From Candidatus Marinacidobacterales bacterium (lineage in GTDB: Bacteria > Acidobacteriota > Vicinamibacteria > Marinacidobacterales > SMYC01): DNA of 64,000 nucleotides. This document shows, piece by piece, positions 29,807 to 39,625 of the stretch. Positions within the stretch are counted from its first letter, which is position 1. Every line of letters begins with the position of its first letter. The notes under the pieces were generated by a model. It was given only the letters and a program-made list of their open reading frames with translations, ran no database searches and was not told the origin of the DNA. A program made the translations under genes and the position numbers. The DNA lies in the NCBI GenBank assembly GCA_965224085.1, contig CBDCYI010000005.1:1984001-2048000 (forward strand), in the 5' to 3' direction.

Positions 29807-31012
29807 ATGCGACAGGTCGTCATCACGAGCGCCGTGCGACTCCCCATCGGGCGATTCCTAGGCTCGCTCAAGGAAGTGCACACCGGTGAAATGGGCGCGA
29901 CGGTGGCGAAAGCCGCTCTCGACCGATCCGGCATCGAAGGCTCATGCGTCGACGAGGTGGTTACGTCCGAAACTTATCGCGGCGACTTGCCGGGCTGCTC
30001 CGCTCGTCCCATTGGACTGAAGGCTTTAGTTCCGCTCGAGGTTCCGGGCTTCAACCTCAACATGCACTGCGGCACCGGCCTGAAGGCCGTTGTGCTGGCG
30101 AGTCAGATGATCCGATGCGGCGACGCGGACGTCGTTCTGGTGATCACCGTGGAGTCGATGAGCCGCGCTGCTTTCTTCCTTCGCAACGCTCGTGCAGGCT
30201 TCCGCCTCGGCCACGCCACCGTCGTCGACCAGCTCGTCCAGAAGGGCGACCCGGCACGCGATCCCCGCCTGGACCCGACGGCGAAATTCTCGATGGGGGA
30301 GACGGCGGAAAATCTCGCCGAGAAGTACTCGATCTCGCGGGAACGCCAGGACGAGTACGCGCTCCGATCCCAACAGCGCGCCGCCGAGGCCATGGGAGAG
30401 GATCGCTTCGCGAGCCAGCTCGTTCCGATCGAAGTACCCCGGGGACGGAACGAGACGGCTCTTTTCGACGAGGACGAACATCCGCGGCCGGACGCGACGA
30501 TCGAAGCGCTCGCACGGCTGCGGCCGGTCTTCACGGACGGGGGTACGGTCACCGCCGGCAACTCCAGTGGCATGAACGATGGCGCCGCCGCGCTGGTGCT
30601 GATGTCGGAAGAGCGCGCCCGAGGGCTGGGGGCAGAGCGGCTCGGTCGCCTCGTCGGGCACGCCTCGGCCGGCGTTGCTCCCGAGCACATGGGGCTGGGG
30701 CCCGTCCCGGCAACGCGCAAGCTCTTGAGGCGCATCGAGCGCGGCCTGGACGACTTTGCCGTGATCGAGCTGAACGAGGCCTTCGCCGCTCAGGTGCTCG
30801 CCTGCTTCGAGGAGTATCCGGAGCTTGGCCAGAAGCTCGACCGCATCAACGTCAACGGCTCCGGAATCTCCCTGGGCCACCCCATCGGGGCCACTGGGGG
30901 TATCCTCGCGGTCAAGGCCCTCCACGAACTCCGACGGATCGGGGGCGGGCTCGGCCTCCTCACGATGTGCATCGGCGGAGGCCAGGGGATCGCAGTGGCG
31001 GTCGAAACGTGA
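29807..31012 (+). CDS. Thiolase (acetyl-CoA C-acyltransferase)
   Basis: [27 protein letters not shown]. Confidence 0.95.
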   Translation: MRQVVITSAVRLPIGRFLGSLKEVHTGEMGATVAKAALDRSGIEGSCVDEVVTSETYRGDLPGCSARPIGLKALVPLEVPGFNLNMHCGTGLKAVVLASQMIRCGDADVVLVITVESMSRAAFFLRNARAGFRLGHATVVDQLVQKGDPARDPRLDPTAKFSMGETAENLAEKYSISRERQDEYALRSQQRAAEAMGEDRFASQLVPIEVPRGRNETALFDEDEHPRPDATIEALARLRPVFTDGGTVTAGNSSGMNDGAAALVLMSEERARGLGAERLGRLVGHASAGVAPEHMGLGPVPATRKLLRRIERGLDDFAVIELNEAFAAQVLACFEEYPELGQKLDRINVNGSGISLGHPIGATGGILAVKALHELRRIGGGLGLLTMCIGGGQGIAVAVET

Positions 31013-31019
31013 CCGCCCT

Positions 31020-31262
31020 CTATTCACCTTCCTGCGACGCTTCGGAAGACAGAAGGTGAACCTCGTAGAGCAGCTCTTCTTTGGTCTCGAAGTAGTAGTA
31101 GATGCTCGCCTTGGTGACGTCCAGCTCGGCCGCGATCTCATCCAACGTGGTTGCGTGAAACCCTTTACGGCCAAAAGCTTGCGCGGCCGCGCGAACGATG
31201 AGCTCCCGCTTGCGGCTGAAACGCGCGCCCTTCTTGGGTAGGTCGGGTTTCGTCGTCGCCAT
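31020..31262 (-). pseudogene. TetR/AcrR regulator, HTH domain only (C-terminally truncated)
   Basis: AAQAFGRKGFHATTLDEIAAELDVTKASIYYYFETKEELL then stop after 80 aa; AAGGAG RBS. Confidence 0.8.
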
Positions 31263-31365
31263 CTTGGACTCCTTTACCTTTGCGGCTCATTGCGCGCTCA
31301 TGCCATGCGTGGTGTTGTCGGTCCCACCCCCAACCAGTCCGGCGCGTTCGTTCGGGACGGTAGCA

Positions 31366-32133
31366 TCAGGATACATTGAGAGCCTGGCCCCCGTCGATGC
31401 GCAGGATCGAGCCGGTCATGAACTCCGAGGCGTCGGAGGCGAGGTAGTTGACGAGTGGTCCGATCTCGGGAGGGTTCCCGAACCGGCGCAGGGGGATGCG
31501 CGACAGCACCCGCTGGCGGAGCTCGGGGTCCTCGAGCACCGCTTTGGGCATGTCGGTCTCGAAGTAGCCGGGCGCGATCCCGTTGACTGTGATCCGGTAG
31601 CGGGCCCACTCGACGGCCAGCGTCTGCACGAGCTGGTGGAGCCCGCCCTTCGAGGCATTGTAGGCGACGGTGAGCGGAAGCGCCCGCCCAACGAAGGTCG
31701 TGCCGAAAATGACGATCCGGCCACCTTGCTCTTTCATTGTGGACGCCACCTCGCGCGCGACGAGAAAAGCTCCTGTCAGGTTGGTTGTGAGAACGCGATC
31801 CCAGTCCGCTTTTGTGGTCTGAAGTGCCGGGGCCGCGTGCATTGTCCCGGCGGAGTAGACGAGGATGTCGATGCGGCCGAAATGATCCGAGACCGCGCCA
31901 ACCCCGTTCCGGATCGATTCCTCCGCGGTGACGTCCGCGACGGTGAAAAAGCTTCGGTGACCCTTCTCCTTGATGGCCCCCGCGACGGCGACGAGCGCAT
32001 CGCGAGAGCGGGCGGCGCAAGCGACGTCCGCCCCGGCCTCCGCGAGCGCGAGCGCGGATTCGCGCCCGAGCCCCTTGCTGGCACCGATCACCAGAGCGAC
32101 CTTGCCGGAAAGGTCGTACCAGGCGCGGGTCAT
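31366..32133 (-). CDS. SDR-family oxidoreductase
   Basis: GASKGLG, YNASK, VNGIAPGYFET. Confidence 0.92.
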   Translation of the reverse strand: MTRAWYDLSGKVALVIGASKGLGRESALALAEAGADVACAARSRDALVAVAGAIKEKGHRSFFTVADVTAEESIRNGVGAVSDHFGRIDILVYSAGTMHAAPALQTTKADWDRVLTTNLTGAFLVAREVASTMKEQGGRIVIFGTTFVGRALPLTVAYNASKGGLHQLVQTLAVEWARYRITVNGIAPGYFETDMPKAVLEDPELRQRVLSRIPLRRFGNPPEIGPLVNYLASDASEFMTGSILRIDGGQALNVS

Positions 32134-32164
32134 TTCGTGCCTCAGTGCGCGCTCACTCCTCGTT

Positions 32165-32337
32165 CCCGCCTTCGCCAAGGCTTCGGCGGGTCCGCCCGAA
32201 GTTCTCGAGCCATTGGCGTACAACGAAGGCGGACGCGCGCTTGGCGCTCCCGTCCTCGGCCCATTCGGGCCGGTCTCGCGGCAGACGCGTTGGTGGCTGC
32301 TCGGCACGGCGGCCTGCGTTTTTTAGCACCCTGCTAT
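32165..32337. repeat. REP/MITE-like extragenic palindromic element
   Basis: CCCGCCTTCGCCAAGGCTTCGGCGGG hairpin; CCGCCTTCG...CGAAGGCGG long-range pair; IS-end-like TTTTTAGCACCCTGCTA. Confidence 0.5.
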
Positions 32338-33722
32338 GCCTCGTCGTCCTTACTCTCCGGGGCGAGACGCGGTAGCAGATCCAGTGTATACGATCCTTTC
32401 CGGAAAGCATCGTCCTTGAGCACGCGCTTCAGGAAGGGAGCAGTCGTGTGGATCGGGCCGATCACGAGCTCGGACAGTGCGCTCCGCATGGTATCGATCG
32501 CCTCCTCGCGCGTCGCTCCGTGCGTAATCACCTTGGCCAGCAACGAATCATAGTAGAACGGCACCGCGTAGCCTTCGAACACATGCGTGTCGAATCGCAC
32601 CGATGGACCCGCGGGAGATCTGAACGTCTCGATCGTTCCCGGTTGGGGGAGGAAACCGTCGTCCGGATCTTCCGCGTTGATACGGCACTCGATGGCATGA
32701 CCTCGAAACGCGATGTCGCTCTGGCTCAATGACAGCTCGCCGGTTGCCGCTTCCTCGACCTGCGCCCGCACCAGGTCGACGCCGGTGATGGCTTCGGTGA
32801 CCGGATGTTCCACCTGAATGCGAGCGTTCACCTCCAGGAAATAGAATCGATTGTCCGCGTCGACCAGGAACTCGACCGTCCCCGCGCTCCGGTAGCGCGT
32901 CGCCTCCACGATGGTCAAGGCCGCTTCGTGAAGCTGGCGCGCGAGCTCGCGCGGAAGCGCGGGCGACGGCGCTTCCTCGAGCAGCTTCTGGTGACGGCGC
33001 TGGAGAGAGCAGTTGCGTTCTCCCAGATGAACCGCCTTTCCCTTCGAATCACAGAGGACCTGAACCTCGATATGTCGGGCCCCCTCGATGCGTCGTTCCA
33101 GATACAACGTGGGGTCACCGAACGAGGCGCGCGCTTCTGCCTGCGCGAGTGGGAAAGCTTCGACGAGGGCGTCCTCATCGGCGATCGGACGAATGCCCTT
33201 TCCGCCGCCGCCGGCCGCCGCCTTGAGCATCGCCGGGTAACCGATCGAGGCGGCGAGACGACGAGCGACGGAAAGCTCGCGCAGAGGCTGGTTCGAGCCC
33301 GGGATGACCGGGACGCCGGCGCTCTCAACGCTCCGCCGCGCTTGCAGCTTGTTACCCGCCAAACGCAGGCTCTCCGGACTGGGACCAATGAAAGTGAGCC
33401 CCGCCGTCGCGCAGGCCTCGGCGAAGCTTGCGTTCTCGGAGAGAAAGCCGTATCCGGGATGGATCGCGCTCGCGCCGGTTTGCCCGGCGGCCGCGAGAAC
33501 GGACTCGACGTTCAAGTAGCTCTGTGCAGGAGCGGGTGGCCCGATCAGGACCGCTTCGTCCGCGAGCCGCGCCGGAAGGGCCTCGACATCCGCTTCCGAG
33601 TAGACGGCCACGCTCTCGATCCCCATTTCCTTCAGCGTCCGGAGAATGCGAACCGCGATCTCACCACGGTTGGCGACGAGAACTTTTTCGAACATCGCGA
33701 CGCCGAACCCCGGGACGCTCAT
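32334..33722 (-). CDS. accC: Biotin carboxylase subunit
   Basis: ANRGEIA, HPGYGFLSEN, GGGGKG, QRRHQK, EVNARIQVEH, YYDSLLAK. Confidence 0.93.
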   Translation of the reverse strand: MSVPGFGVAMFEKVLVANRGEIAVRILRTLKEMGIESVAVYSEADVEALPARLADEAVLIGPPAPAQSYLNVESVLAAAGQTGASAIHPGYGFLSENASFAEACATAGLTFIGPSPESLRLAGNKLQARRSVESAGVPVIPGSNQPLRELSVARRLAASIGYPAMLKAAAGGGGKGIRPIADEDALVEAFPLAQAEARASFGDPTLYLERRIEGARHIEVQVLCDSKGKAVHLGERNCSLQRRHQKLLEEAPSPALPRELARQLHEAALTIVEATRYRSAGTVEFLVDADNRFYFLEVNARIQVEHPVTEAITGVDLVRAQVEEAATGELSLSQSDIAFRGHAIECRINAEDPDDGFLPQPGTIETFRSPAGPSVRFDTHVFEGYAVPFYYDSLLAKVITHGATREEAIDTMRSALSELVIGPIHTTAPFLKRVLKDDAFRKGSYTLDLLPRLAPESKDDEA

Positions 33723-33976
33723 GATGCAGCACGAATCGAGAAGAGCGTTTGTCCGACGAGAACCGTCTCTCCGTTGACGCCCAGGATCTCGACCACTTCG
33801 CCGGCCACCGGGGCCTTGATCTTGGAATAGAGCTTCATCGACTCGAGCAGGGCCAACGTGTGACCCTCGTCGACCTGAGAGCCGACCTGGACGAACGGCT
33901 CTGCCTCCGGGTCAGTGCTTCGGTAGAAGACTCCCGATAGTCTCGCCTTGATCTCAACAAGGCCGGTTTCGGACAA
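33719..33976 (-). CDS. Biotin carboxyl carrier protein
   Basis: GVFYR...PFV.VG, ESMK biotinylation motif. Confidence 0.88.
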   Translation of the reverse strand: MSETGLVEIKARLSGVFYRSTDPEAEPFVQVGSQVDEGHTLALLESMKLYSKIKAPVAGEVVEILGVNGETVLVGQTLFSIRAAS

Positions 33977-34005
33977 CTTCTGCTTCCATCGCGATATTCA
34001 ACTGA

Positions 34006-34128
34006 ACAGTAACGATCTCGAAGGGCTGTGTCAATCTCAAGTGCTTCCAAAATGAGGACTAACGAGCCTTCTCGTTTTGACTCACGCGTCAAAAATCCGT
34101 TGACTTTCCGGTGGGAGCCGTCTACCAT
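34006..34128. promoter_or_regulatory. Divergent sigma70 promoters flanking a perfect palindrome
   Basis: Minus TTGACA(34034-34029)-17-TACTGT; plus TTGACT(34100-34105)-17-TACCAT; TTTTGAC-N6-GTCAAAA at 34075-34094. Confidence 0.65.
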
Positions 34129-34187
34129 CCTCCTCCAGCGGACCCTCCTTGTCTGTCCGCCGATTGTCCTCCCCAGCCAGGAGGGCA

Positions 34188-35939
34188 GTGGCTCGCGAGC
34201 GCGAGGTGGCCCATTTGTCGAGTTTCCCAAGCGCGGGTTTCACGGTGGCGGTGGCGCTTCTCGCGCCGTCGCCGGCCGGCGCGACTGAGCACCCGGCCGC
34301 GCTTCTGGCCATCGTCGAAGAGTTGCGAGCGCTCCGCGTGCCGGACGAGATCGACGGCGTCCCCGACTACTCGGCCGCGGCGGTGGATCGCCAGAAGCGC
34401 GCTTTGAGAACGCTCGCTCAGCGATTCGACCGACTCGCCCCGGAGGGCTGGACACGGCACGACCGGGTGGACTATCTGCTCCTGCGCTCCGAGCTGGACC
34501 GTCTGGAGTACGTGCTCTACGTGGAGCGTCCGACGTCGCGGAACCCGAATTTCTACCTGTCATCGATCTCTTCGGCGGGAATGCTGAGCGGCGCCGCGCT
34601 GAGCCGGCTCGGACGGCTGGTCAGTCAGCCCCCGCCGTTCGATCCTGGAAGAACCGAGCGCATCCTCGAGCAGATGCGTTCGGTGCCGCCCCTGCTCACC
34701 GCCGCTCGGGCGAACCTCACCGAGGCCGACGCCCCGCGGGCCGAGTGGGCGCTCGAAACGCTGAAAGGCACCCTCGCAGGTAGCCGGCGGTTCGCCCAAG
34801 CCCTCGCACCGCATGTTCCGAAAGAGCTAAGAGGGGAGATCTCTGTCGCGGCCGAGCGCATGGGTGAAGCGTTCGACGGGTACGAGAGGTGGCTTCGCGA
34901 CAACCTGGACCAAATGGGAGAGCCGCGGCCGGCGGGCCGGAAACTCTATGACTGGATCCTGCGAAACGTTTGGCTTCTTCCCTACGACGCGGAGGACATC
35001 CTCCGGATGGGCGAGCAGGAGCTAGCGAGGCTCCAGGCGTTTACCGCGTTCGAAGAGAAGCGCAACGAGGGGCAGCCGAAGCTCGTCGCGGCAGTGACAA
35101 CCCGCGAGTACGCGACCAGAACGGAGCAAGAGGCAAGGCGCATCCGGGCGTTTCTGAAGGAAAAGGACGCCATCACGATTCCGTCACTGGTAGGTCCCTA
35201 CCGTCGTACCGTCATGCCGGACTACCTCCAAGCCTTTGCGCTGTGGAACGCCCTCAGTGGCTATCGCACCGGCGACGGCGGTGCCGTCAAGTATGCCGTG
35301 CCCGAAACGCACCCTTTCCAGAGCACCTACTGGGAAGCGATCATGCGCACCGACCCCGCCACGAACATCTTCCACGACGGCATTCCGGGTCATCACTTTC
35401 AAGGCCTGCTGGCGGCGGAGAATCCGTGTCCGGTGCGTCGCGGGCACAACGAGCGCTTCAAGAGCGAAGGGTGGGCCACCTACTGGGAAGAGGCCGCGGT
35501 GCAGCTCGGCTACTACGACGACCGGCCCAGGAGTCGCGAGCTGATCTACAGCTATCTCCGCCTGCGTGCGTTGCGCGTCATCGTGGACGTGAAGATGGCG
35601 CTGGGGGAGATGACGAAGGAGGAGGCGGTGGCGACGTTGATGTCGACGCCGATGGATCGGCGCATCGCGCGGGAGGAAGTCGACGATTTCTTCGCCGCCC
35701 CGACTGGCGGCATCGTCTACCTGATCGGCAAGCTTCAGATCGAATCCCTGCTTTCTAAACGCCGGCGACAGCTCGGCGACGACTTCCGTCTGCGCACGCT
35801 CCACGATGAGCTCATGACCGCCGGCTGGGTGCCTCTCGCGCTGACGGAATGGGAGATGACGGGAGAGTCGCGCGCGGTCCAGATCCTGTTCGAAGACCGT
35901 CGACCGCTACCGCGTTCGCAAAGTGGAGAGGGCTTCTGA
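34188..35939 (+). CDS. DUF885 family protein (exported); start uncertain
   Basis: HDGIPGHHFQ, EGWATYWE, LRALRVIVD, YLIGKLQI, HDELM. Confidence 0.85.
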   Translation: MAREREVAHLSSFPSAGFTVAVALLAPSPAGATEHPAALLAIVEELRALRVPDEIDGVPDYSAAAVDRQKRALRTLAQRFDRLAPEGWTRHDRVDYLLLRSELDRLEYVLYVERPTSRNPNFYLSSISSAGMLSGAALSRLGRLVSQPPPFDPGRTERILEQMRSVPPLLTAARANLTEADAPRAEWALETLKGTLAGSRRFAQALAPHVPKELRGEISVAAERMGEAFDGYERWLRDNLDQMGEPRPAGRKLYDWILRNVWLLPYDAEDILRMGEQELARLQAFTAFEEKRNEGQPKLVAAVTTREYATRTEQEARRIRAFLKEKDAITIPSLVGPYRRTVMPDYLQAFALWNALSGYRTGDGGAVKYAVPETHPFQSTYWEAIMRTDPATNIFHDGIPGHHFQGLLAAENPCPVRRGHNERFKSEGWATYWEEAAVQLGYYDDRPRSRELIYSYLRLRALRVIVDVKMALGEMTKEEAVATLMSTPMDRRIAREEVDDFFAAPTGGIVYLIGKLQIESLLSKRRRQLGDDFRLRTLHDELMTAGWVPLALTEWEMTGESRAVQILFEDRRPLPRSQSGEGF

Positions 35940-35953
35940 TCGAAGGAGGATAG

Positions 35954-37717
35954 ATGATGAGGAACCTGAGATCGTTCGCAAGCCTAGGCATGCTCGTGCT
36001 CCCTGCAGTGTGGCTGGCAATGACGGAGGCGCGCGCCCAGGAGAGCCAACCGGTCCGCCACGCATCCCCGGAGCTCATCCAGCTCGCCGAAGAGTTTCGC
36101 GCCTTCCGCAGCCCGTTGTTTCGGCCGCGAACCTGGACTCCTACCCATCGGGTGGCTGGCGTGCCGGACTACGCGACGGTGGTGCGAGAGCAGCGAGAAG
36201 GACTGACGCGATTTCAAGAGCGACTGCGGGCCCTCGACCACCGCAGCTGGCCGGTGCACGACCGCGTCGACTACCTGGTGCTTCGCTCGGAGATGGACGA
36301 CGTTTTCTTCGAGCAGCACGTGCTGCGCGAGGTCGAGACCAATCCCAGCTACTACGTCGAGCAGGCCATCAACGGGGTCGCGCGGGAGATGGGTGACGTC
36401 GTTGCTTACAGTACGCAGAAGGCGGAAGCGATCATCGCCGCCTTCGAGCGGACCGGTCCCATCCTCGAGCAGACCGCCGGCAATATCGTGCTGGCCGAAA
36501 CCGCACCCGCGTTCGGCCGGATGGGCATGCGTCACGTGAAGAACATTCGAGCGCAATATGCCGCGGGCGTTCAACTTCTCGAGCCCCACTTCCCCGCGGG
36601 GCGTCGCGCGAGGCTGAGCTCGGCGGCCGAGCAAGCCGCGATCGAGCTCGAGAAGTACGGCACGTGGATCGAAGCGAACCTTCCGCAGATGAAAGGCCAG
36701 GCGCACGTCGGCCGGAAGAACATGGAGTGGTACTTCGAGCGGGTGAACTTCTCGCCCTGGAACGTCGAGGAGCTCCTGTTTCTCGGTGAGATGGAAAAGA
36801 ACCGCTTCCTCATGTCCATCGAGGTCGAAGAGACCGTAAACCAGGGGCTCAAAGAGCTCACGATGCCGACCACCGACGAGATGATCGAGTGGTTCCGGCT
36901 CACGTATCTGCAGACGAAGTACTGGCTGAAGGACACGGATCTCATCAGCTTCCATCCCTACATCGGGGAGTCGTACCTTCAAGCAGGAGCCTGGCAGGAG
37001 CCTTTCGGCCGCCTCGGCAACCGACCGGGGCTCATCGGTTTTCCCACCGAGCCGAAGCCGGAGCCCACCAAGCGGCTGTTCGTGGTCCCTGAAGGCCACT
37101 GGTTCACCGAAACGTACTGGGAGCGCACGATGCGGCTCGATCCGATCACCGACTACCAGCACTCCGACTGGCCGGGTCACTACTTCGAGGCCGCAGTGAC
37201 CAAGCGAAACCCTTGTCCCGTTCGGGCCGTTCACAAGGACACCGGCTTCTCGCAGGGCTGGGCGCACTACTGGGAGGAGCTGTTCCTGGACATGGGCTAT
37301 CCCTACTTGCGGGGACCGCGGACGCGTGAGCTCACGTACAACTTCCTGTTGTTGCGGGCGGTGCGGATCCCGCTCGACATCTATTTGTCCACCGGCGAGC
37401 ACTCGGTGGACGAGGCGGTTCAGTATCAGGTCGACCGCGTTCCCACGATGGAAGAGCACATCTCCCGGGCGGAGGTGGATATGTACGTGCGCTGGCCCTA
37501 TCAGGCTACGAGCTACATCGTGGGGAAGAAACAGATCGAGCAGATGCTTGCGGAGACGATCGTGAAGGGAGACTACAGCGTGAACTGGCGTGAGTTCCAC
37601 GATGCCATGCTCCAGTACGGACAGATCCCGCTGGCTCTGGTCCGATGGGAGCTGACAGGGAACTCCGATCAGGTCGAGGAGTTCTGGAAGGATCCGGATC
37701 GGCCGTCCACCGAATAG
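35954..37717 (+). CDS. DUF885 family protein (signal peptide)
   Basis: ARA-Q signal; HSDWPGHY, QGWAHYWE, PYQATSYIVGK, EFHDAML. Confidence 0.85.
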   Translation: MMRNLRSFASLGMLVLPAVWLAMTEARAQESQPVRHASPELIQLAEEFRAFRSPLFRPRTWTPTHRVAGVPDYATVVREQREGLTRFQERLRALDHRSWPVHDRVDYLVLRSEMDDVFFEQHVLREVETNPSYYVEQAINGVAREMGDVVAYSTQKAEAIIAAFERTGPILEQTAGNIVLAETAPAFGRMGMRHVKNIRAQYAAGVQLLEPHFPAGRRARLSSAAEQAAIELEKYGTWIEANLPQMKGQAHVGRKNMEWYFERVNFSPWNVEELLFLGEMEKNRFLMSIEVEETVNQGLKELTMPTTDEMIEWFRLTYLQTKYWLKDTDLISFHPYIGESYLQAGAWQEPFGRLGNRPGLIGFPTEPKPEPTKRLFVVPEGHWFTETYWERTMRLDPITDYQHSDWPGHYFEAAVTKRNPCPVRAVHKDTGFSQGWAHYWEELFLDMGYPYLRGPRTRELTYNFLLLRAVRIPLDIYLSTGEHSVDEAVQYQVDRVPTMEEHISRAEVDMYVRWPYQATSYIVGKKQIEQMLAETIVKGDYSVNWREFHDAMLQYGQIPLALVRWELTGNSDQVEEFWKDPDRPSTE

Positions 37718-37750
37718 TGGACGTCACCAGAAGAGAGAGCCGAGAGGCAA

Positions 37751-39091
37751 GTGACAAATAACAACGAAGCGTCAAGCAACGTCCGATGGCGCATCATCGC
37801 CCTTCTGGTGGGCTTCAGCCTGGTGAGCTACATCCTCCGGATGAATATCTCCATCGCCGCCCAGTTCATGATGCCGGAGCTCGACATCACCCAGATACAG
37901 ATGGGGCAGATCTTCAGCGCGTTTCTGCTCGGCTACGCGCTGTTTCAGATCCCGCTCGGTGTCCTCGGAGACCGTCTGGGCTCCGGAATGCTGGTGACTC
38001 TCGGCGTCGTGTGGGCGGTGCTGACGGTGATCTCGGGGCTCCTGCCCGGCGTTGTCTTCGGGACCGGGACGGCCGCTTTCGTTCTGCTCGTTGTCGTGCG
38101 ATTCGTGCTGGGTGTCACCATCGCTGGCGTCTACCCCATCTCGGCGCTCACCGTGGCGAAGTGGCAGCCCGTGACGCAAAGGGCTTTTTCGTACTCGTTC
38201 ATCGTGGCCGGGGTCTTCATTGGCTCGGCGGTCACGCCGCCGATCGTGGCCTGGCTCATGGTGACGCTCGGCTGGAGAGAATCTTTCTATCTCGTGTCCG
38301 TTTTCGGCGTTGCAGCCGCTCTCACCTGGAAGTTCTACGGTGCCAACCATCCACGGGAGCATCCGGACGTCAGCCCCGGCGAGCTCGCGCTCATCACCGA
38401 GGGGCGGGAGCCCGCGGTGGGACCTCCTCCCGTGGGAGCGGTGTGGTGGACACTTCGCAACCCCTCGGTTCTCTTCCTGAGCGCCAGCTATTTCCTCGCC
38501 GGCTACGTGCTCTACACCTTCATTTTCTGGTTCTTCACGTATCTGGTGGAAGAGCGCCAGTTCACCCTCCTCGAGGGCGGCGTCTACGCGAGCTTGCCGT
38601 TCATCGCGGCGGGCATTCTGTCACCCGTTGGTGGTGCCATCTGCGACTGGTCGACGATGCGCTTCGGTCAGCGGTGGGGCCGACGACTCACCGCCTTCGC
38701 AGGACCGATTCTGGCCGGCGCACTGCTTTTCTGGGGAGCGCGAACCGAGAACGTGATTCTGGCCATCTGCGCGCTGGCGCTGAGCTTCGGTTTTCAAGAG
38801 TTCGCCGAAGCGGCCTATTGGTCGACCACCATGGATATCAGCGGCCGGATGACCGGCGCCGCGACGGGAATCCTGAACACGGCCAACAATCTCGGGGGCG
38901 TGGTCTCCACGGCGTTGATGCCGGTTCTGGTCCAGAAATGGGGGTGGGTTCCGGCCCTGGACAGTTGCAGCCTGCTGGCTGTTGTCTCGGCGGTGCTCTG
39001 GCTCGGCGTCCGTCCGGATCAGCCGATCGAAGTGCGGCAAGCGAACAGCGCGCAGGAGGTCGATGCCAGCTCGGCGGCTTCGCTTCCTTGA
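37751..39091 (+). CDS. MFS transporter (ACS/galactonate-like)
   Basis: R.NISIA, YALFQIP.G.LGDR, LGWR..F, G.LNT..NLGG; about 12 TMs. Confidence 0.92.
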   Translation: MTNNNEASSNVRWRIIALLVGFSLVSYILRMNISIAAQFMMPELDITQIQMGQIFSAFLLGYALFQIPLGVLGDRLGSGMLVTLGVVWAVLTVISGLLPGVVFGTGTAAFVLLVVVRFVLGVTIAGVYPISALTVAKWQPVTQRAFSYSFIVAGVFIGSAVTPPIVAWLMVTLGWRESFYLVSVFGVAAALTWKFYGANHPREHPDVSPGELALITEGREPAVGPPPVGAVWWTLRNPSVLFLSASYFLAGYVLYTFIFWFFTYLVEERQFTLLEGGVYASLPFIAAGILSPVGGAICDWSTMRFGQRWGRRLTAFAGPILAGALLFWGARTENVILAICALALSFGFQEFAEAAYWSTTMDISGRMTGAATGILNTANNLGGVVSTALMPVLVQKWGWVPALDSCSLLAVVSAVLWLGVRPDQPIEVRQANSAQEVDASSAASLP

Positions 39092-39108
39092 GCCGGACGG
39101 AAACCACT

Positions 39109-39612
39109 ATGGAAAAAGAATACTTCGAAGACTACACGGTGGGCGAGACGTTCGTCAGCCCGGCCCGCACGGTGACCGAATCGGACACCAACGCTTTCGC
39201 GATGCTGACCGGAGACTGGCATCCTTTGCACACCGACGTGACCTACGCGGAGAGCTCGGTGTTCGGCGAGCGCATCGCGCACGGGATGCTCACGTTGATC
39301 CTCGGCTCCACACTGGTCCTACGCCTCGGACCCCACGTTTACCTGCCGAAGAGCTTCATCGCTTTTTATGGCATCGACCGGGTGCGTTTCACGGCCCCGG
39401 TAAAGATCGGGGACACCATCCACGCCGTGAACCGCGTCAAAGATCTCGCTCCCAAGGACGAGGAGCGAGGAATCCTCCACTACGACGGCACGGTCCAGAA
39501 CCAGCGCGATGAAACGGTTCTCGTCTGGGAGGTCCGCATGCTGGTGGGCTGTCGCCCCGGGCAAACCGGGAGGGAGGAACAGGCCGCTGTCGAAGTGGAT
39601 TCTCGTTCGTGA
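39109..39612 (+). CDS. MaoC-family dehydratase
   Basis: YFED..VG, FAMLTGDWHPLH.D, RIAHGML, RFTAPV.IGDT. Confidence 0.9.
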   Translation: MEKEYFEDYTVGETFVSPARTVTESDTNAFAMLTGDWHPLHTDVTYAESSVFGERIAHGMLTLILGSTLVLRLGPHVYLPKSFIAFYGIDRVRFTAPVKIGDTIHAVNRVKDLAPKDEERGILHYDGTVQNQRDETVLVWEVRMLVGCRPGQTGREEQAAVEVDSRS

Positions 39613-39625
39613 GGAGGGAATTTTT

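Noticed and set aside
37786-39612. 608-aa ORF
   Set aside because: Shadow frame over the MFS gene; only the MaoC part from 39109 is supported.
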